A stretch of 18,209 nt of DNA. Origin: Verrucomicrobiota bacterium. Lineage in GTDB: Bacteria; Verrucomicrobiota; Verrucomicrobiia; Limisphaerales; CANJSG01. The position numbers were made by a program, and so were the translations under genes. This document shows positions 16,572 through 18,209 of this stretch, piece after piece. Within the stretch, counting starts at the first letter, position 1; every line of letters starts with the position of its first letter. The notes below the pieces were generated by a model, which was not told the DNA's origin, made no database searches, and saw only the letters and a list, made by a program, of their open reading frames with translations. The DNA is taken from positions 1-18,209 of the forward strand of contig JBBQXJ010000092.1 of assembly GCA_038209745.1 (NCBI GenBank), given 5' to 3'.

Positions 16572-17102
16572 TCAGTATTCAGAAGCCGACCCAGGAGAAG
16601 GTTTGGTTCCTTGTGCGGACAGATAGTTGAAGAAGTCCAATTCCATCCGGGCCAACTCTTCGGGACGGCCTCGCTTGAGATCGCGAAATGGTTGGAAGAA
16701 TCGGAAGACTTTTCCCAATCGGAACGGCCGAAAAACGACGGCAAGAGGATTGAATTCACGTCCTCCACCAAAAAGCCGGAAAACCGAGGCGGCGATGAAC
16801 TGCCGAAACGACCATTTCTTTCTTCGAGACCAGTTGAGGATCACGGCCTGCTTTTGAATCCGAGGAGTGATATGCTCTTCGTAGTAGTCATGCCAAACCG
16901 GGCTGTCCGAATAGACGAACAAGAGACGCTTTGAGCGCGGGAGCCAGAGTATCCAAACTGCCAAGTGCAGGCAGACGAAGGAGCCAAGATAGAAAACAGA
17001 CCATAGAACCAGCAACGGGAGCCAGAGCGGGGCGAACAGCAAGAGGACAAGAACCGCTAGAACGGAATTGCCACTGGAATTCTTGCGCTTGGTCTGCTTC
17101 AT
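16572..17102 (-). CDS. Hypothetical membrane-anchored protein between gatC and gatA
   Basis: 176 aa ORF exactly filling the gatC-gatA gap in the same orientation; long hydrophobic N-terminal segment then a soluble, basic, aromatic-rich domain (LFVYSDSPVW, VILNWS, FGGGREFNP). Confidence 0.7.
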   Translation of the reverse strand: MKQTKRKNSSGNSVLAVLVLLLFAPLWLPLLVLWSVFYLGSFVCLHLAVWILWLPRSKRLLFVYSDSPVWHDYYEEHITPRIQKQAVILNWSRRKKWSFRQFIAASVFRLFGGGREFNPLAVVFRPFRLGKVFRFFQPFRDLKRGRPEELARMELDFFNYLSAQGTKPSPGSASEY

Positions 17103-17114
17103 AACCGGCCTAGT

Positions 17115-17396
17115 TCACTCCACGATCTTCGGCACGACGAAGAGCCCGTTGGCCTTGGCGGGGGCGTTCTGGAGGGCCTCTTCGTTGGTCAGGCTGGGCT
17201 TGATCTCATCGGCGCGCCAGACGTTGATGATGGGGAAGGCGTGGGCGGTGGGCTCGACGCCGGAGACGTCCACCTCGTTCAGCTTTTCGATGTAGCCGAG
17301 GATGTTGCCGAGCTGCGCGCCAAGCTTGGTCTCCTCCTCGGGAGTCAGGTTGAGCCGCGCCAAGTGGGCGACGTATTTCACGTCAAAATCAGACAT
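17115..17396 (-). CDS. gatC: Asp-tRNA(Asn)/Glu-tRNA(Gln) amidotransferase subunit C
   Basis: 93 aa: VKYVAHLARL, ILGYIEKLNEVDVSGVEPTAH, WRADE, ALQNAP, FVVPKIVE. Confidence 0.97.
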   Translation of the reverse strand: MSDFDVKYVAHLARLNLTPEEETKLGAQLGNILGYIEKLNEVDVSGVEPTAHAFPIINVWRADEIKPSLTNEEALQNAPAKANGLFVVPKIVE

Positions 17397-17402
17397 GCGC
17401 GC

Positions 17403-17431
17403 AGGCTAGGAGCCGGACCCTCAAACTGCAA
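17403..17431 (-). promoter_or_regulatory. Putative sigma70-type promoter of gatC, probably leaderless
   Basis: Minus strand TTGCAG (17431-17426), 17 nt, TAGCCT (17408-17403), 6 nt, ATG (17396); no Shine-Dalgarno sequence. Confidence 0.55.
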
Positions 17432-17448
17432 AATGGAAAATGGCCGGA

Positions 17449-17697
17449 TCAGTGCTTCTGCCAGCTCCGTCGCTTCCCGACACTAAACAACAGTCGGATT
17501 CCGTTCCCCACAACCCACACCAAAGCACCATAGGCGAGCAATGCCGCCAGCACGGTCAGCCCAAACATATCGGCCGGTTCGATCCTCCATTCCCACAGAC
17601 ACACCGCCATTCCGATCCGGAGCAGCCCAGCGACGAGACCCAACCCCACCAGCATCTTGAAGCGGGCCGCCTGCCATCGTGGATCTTCTTCCCACAT
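17449..17697 (-). CDS. Small hypothetical membrane protein (2 predicted TM helices)
   Basis: 82 aa, co-directional, 16 nt after the STAS stop, GGGAG upstream of the ATG, two hydrophobic stretches and a basic C-terminus. Confidence 0.55.
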   Translation of the reverse strand: MWEEDPRWQAARFKMLVGLGLVAGLLRIGMAVCLWEWRIEPADMFGLTVLAALLAYGALVWVVGNGIRLLFSVGKRRSWQKH

Positions 17698-17713
17698 GGA
17701 TCCGGTGCTCCCT

Positions 17714-18209
17714 CTATTTCTTCGTCGCTTCCTGCCGCTGCAAATCCTGCTCCAGAAAAGCCGTCACGTCCTTGAACTTGTCCACGTTGGCGGGATCCAT
17801 ATCCATGAGAAGCTTGTGGGCCTCCAGGCAGTTCCGGGTGTTCTCCACGCGCGACACGTCGTCCAAGCTGATTTCCTTGAAGGCGCCGGAGACGTCGTTG
17901 CTGGACTGGATCAACTGGAACAGCCGGTCGGTGCCCACGCTTTCGATGGATTCCAGAACCCCCTTGGGCGTGTTGAGCAGCCGGATCGGCCGGCCCTCGC
18001 CGGAACCGCCGCCGTCGAACTTCAGCCCCAGTCCGGCCAAATCCCCCAGGAACGTGCTGTCCATCGCGACGCACCCGCCCAGATCGATGACGAAGTGTTT
18101 GATGCCCTGTTCACCCAAGCCGTTGAGGAGCCGCTTGAAGTTGACGCTCACGGCAAAGTTGGCCCTCCCGATGACCTTGATGCAGGCCAGGTTTTCGAGG
18201 GTCGACACC
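17714..18209 (-). CDS. STAS-domain anti-sigma-factor antagonist (5' end probably outside the window)
   Basis: ACIKVIGRANF...FVIDLGGCVAMDSTFLGDLAGL: SpoIIAA/RsbV-like D-S motif with the phosphorylatable Ser; the frame is open to the window edge. Confidence 0.88.
   Translation of the reverse strand, partial: VSTLENLACIKVIGRANFAVSVNFKRLLNGLGEQGIKHFVIDLGGCVAMDSTFLGDLAGLGLKFDGGGSGEGRPIRLLNTPKGVLESIESVGTDRLFQLIQSSNDVSGAFKEISLDDVSRVENTRNCLEAHKLLMDMDPANVDKFKDVTAFLEQDLQRQEATKK

Noticed and set aside
14881..16626. 581-aa plus-strand ORF
   Set aside because: It is the antisense shadow of gatA, expected from high GC at third codon positions, and has no recognisable motifs.

Overview
GC-rich bacterial DNA, probably Verrucomicrobiota or another PVC-superphylum member (inferred from gene content). 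All credible genes lie on the minus strand. Reading in transcription order (right to left): a partial STAS anti-anti-sigma gene, a small membrane-protein ORF, gatC, an inserted hypothetical gene and gatA, then a degraded chimeric IS scar (ISL3 body fused to an IS481 right end). Next comes a compact seven-gene redox operon (13724->3274), an atypical biotin synthase bioB, and a partial PVC-type SGNH/dehydrogenase-domain secreted protein. The operon is the main find. It encodes a pentaheme cytochrome c, an outer-membrane beta-barrel, a membrane-anchored FAD/NAD(P)/2Fe-2S reductase, a tetraheme cytochrome c, a double cNMP-binding domain fused to a 4x[4Fe-4S] ferredoxin, a diheme cytochrome b, and a membrane-anchored decaheme cytochrome c with a tandem Cys4 repeat. 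Together these could form a cyclic-nucleotide-regulated electron path from cytoplasmic NAD(P)H across the envelope. An FNR/Crp-like box precedes the operon. All function calls come from reading motifs by eye; no database searches were run.
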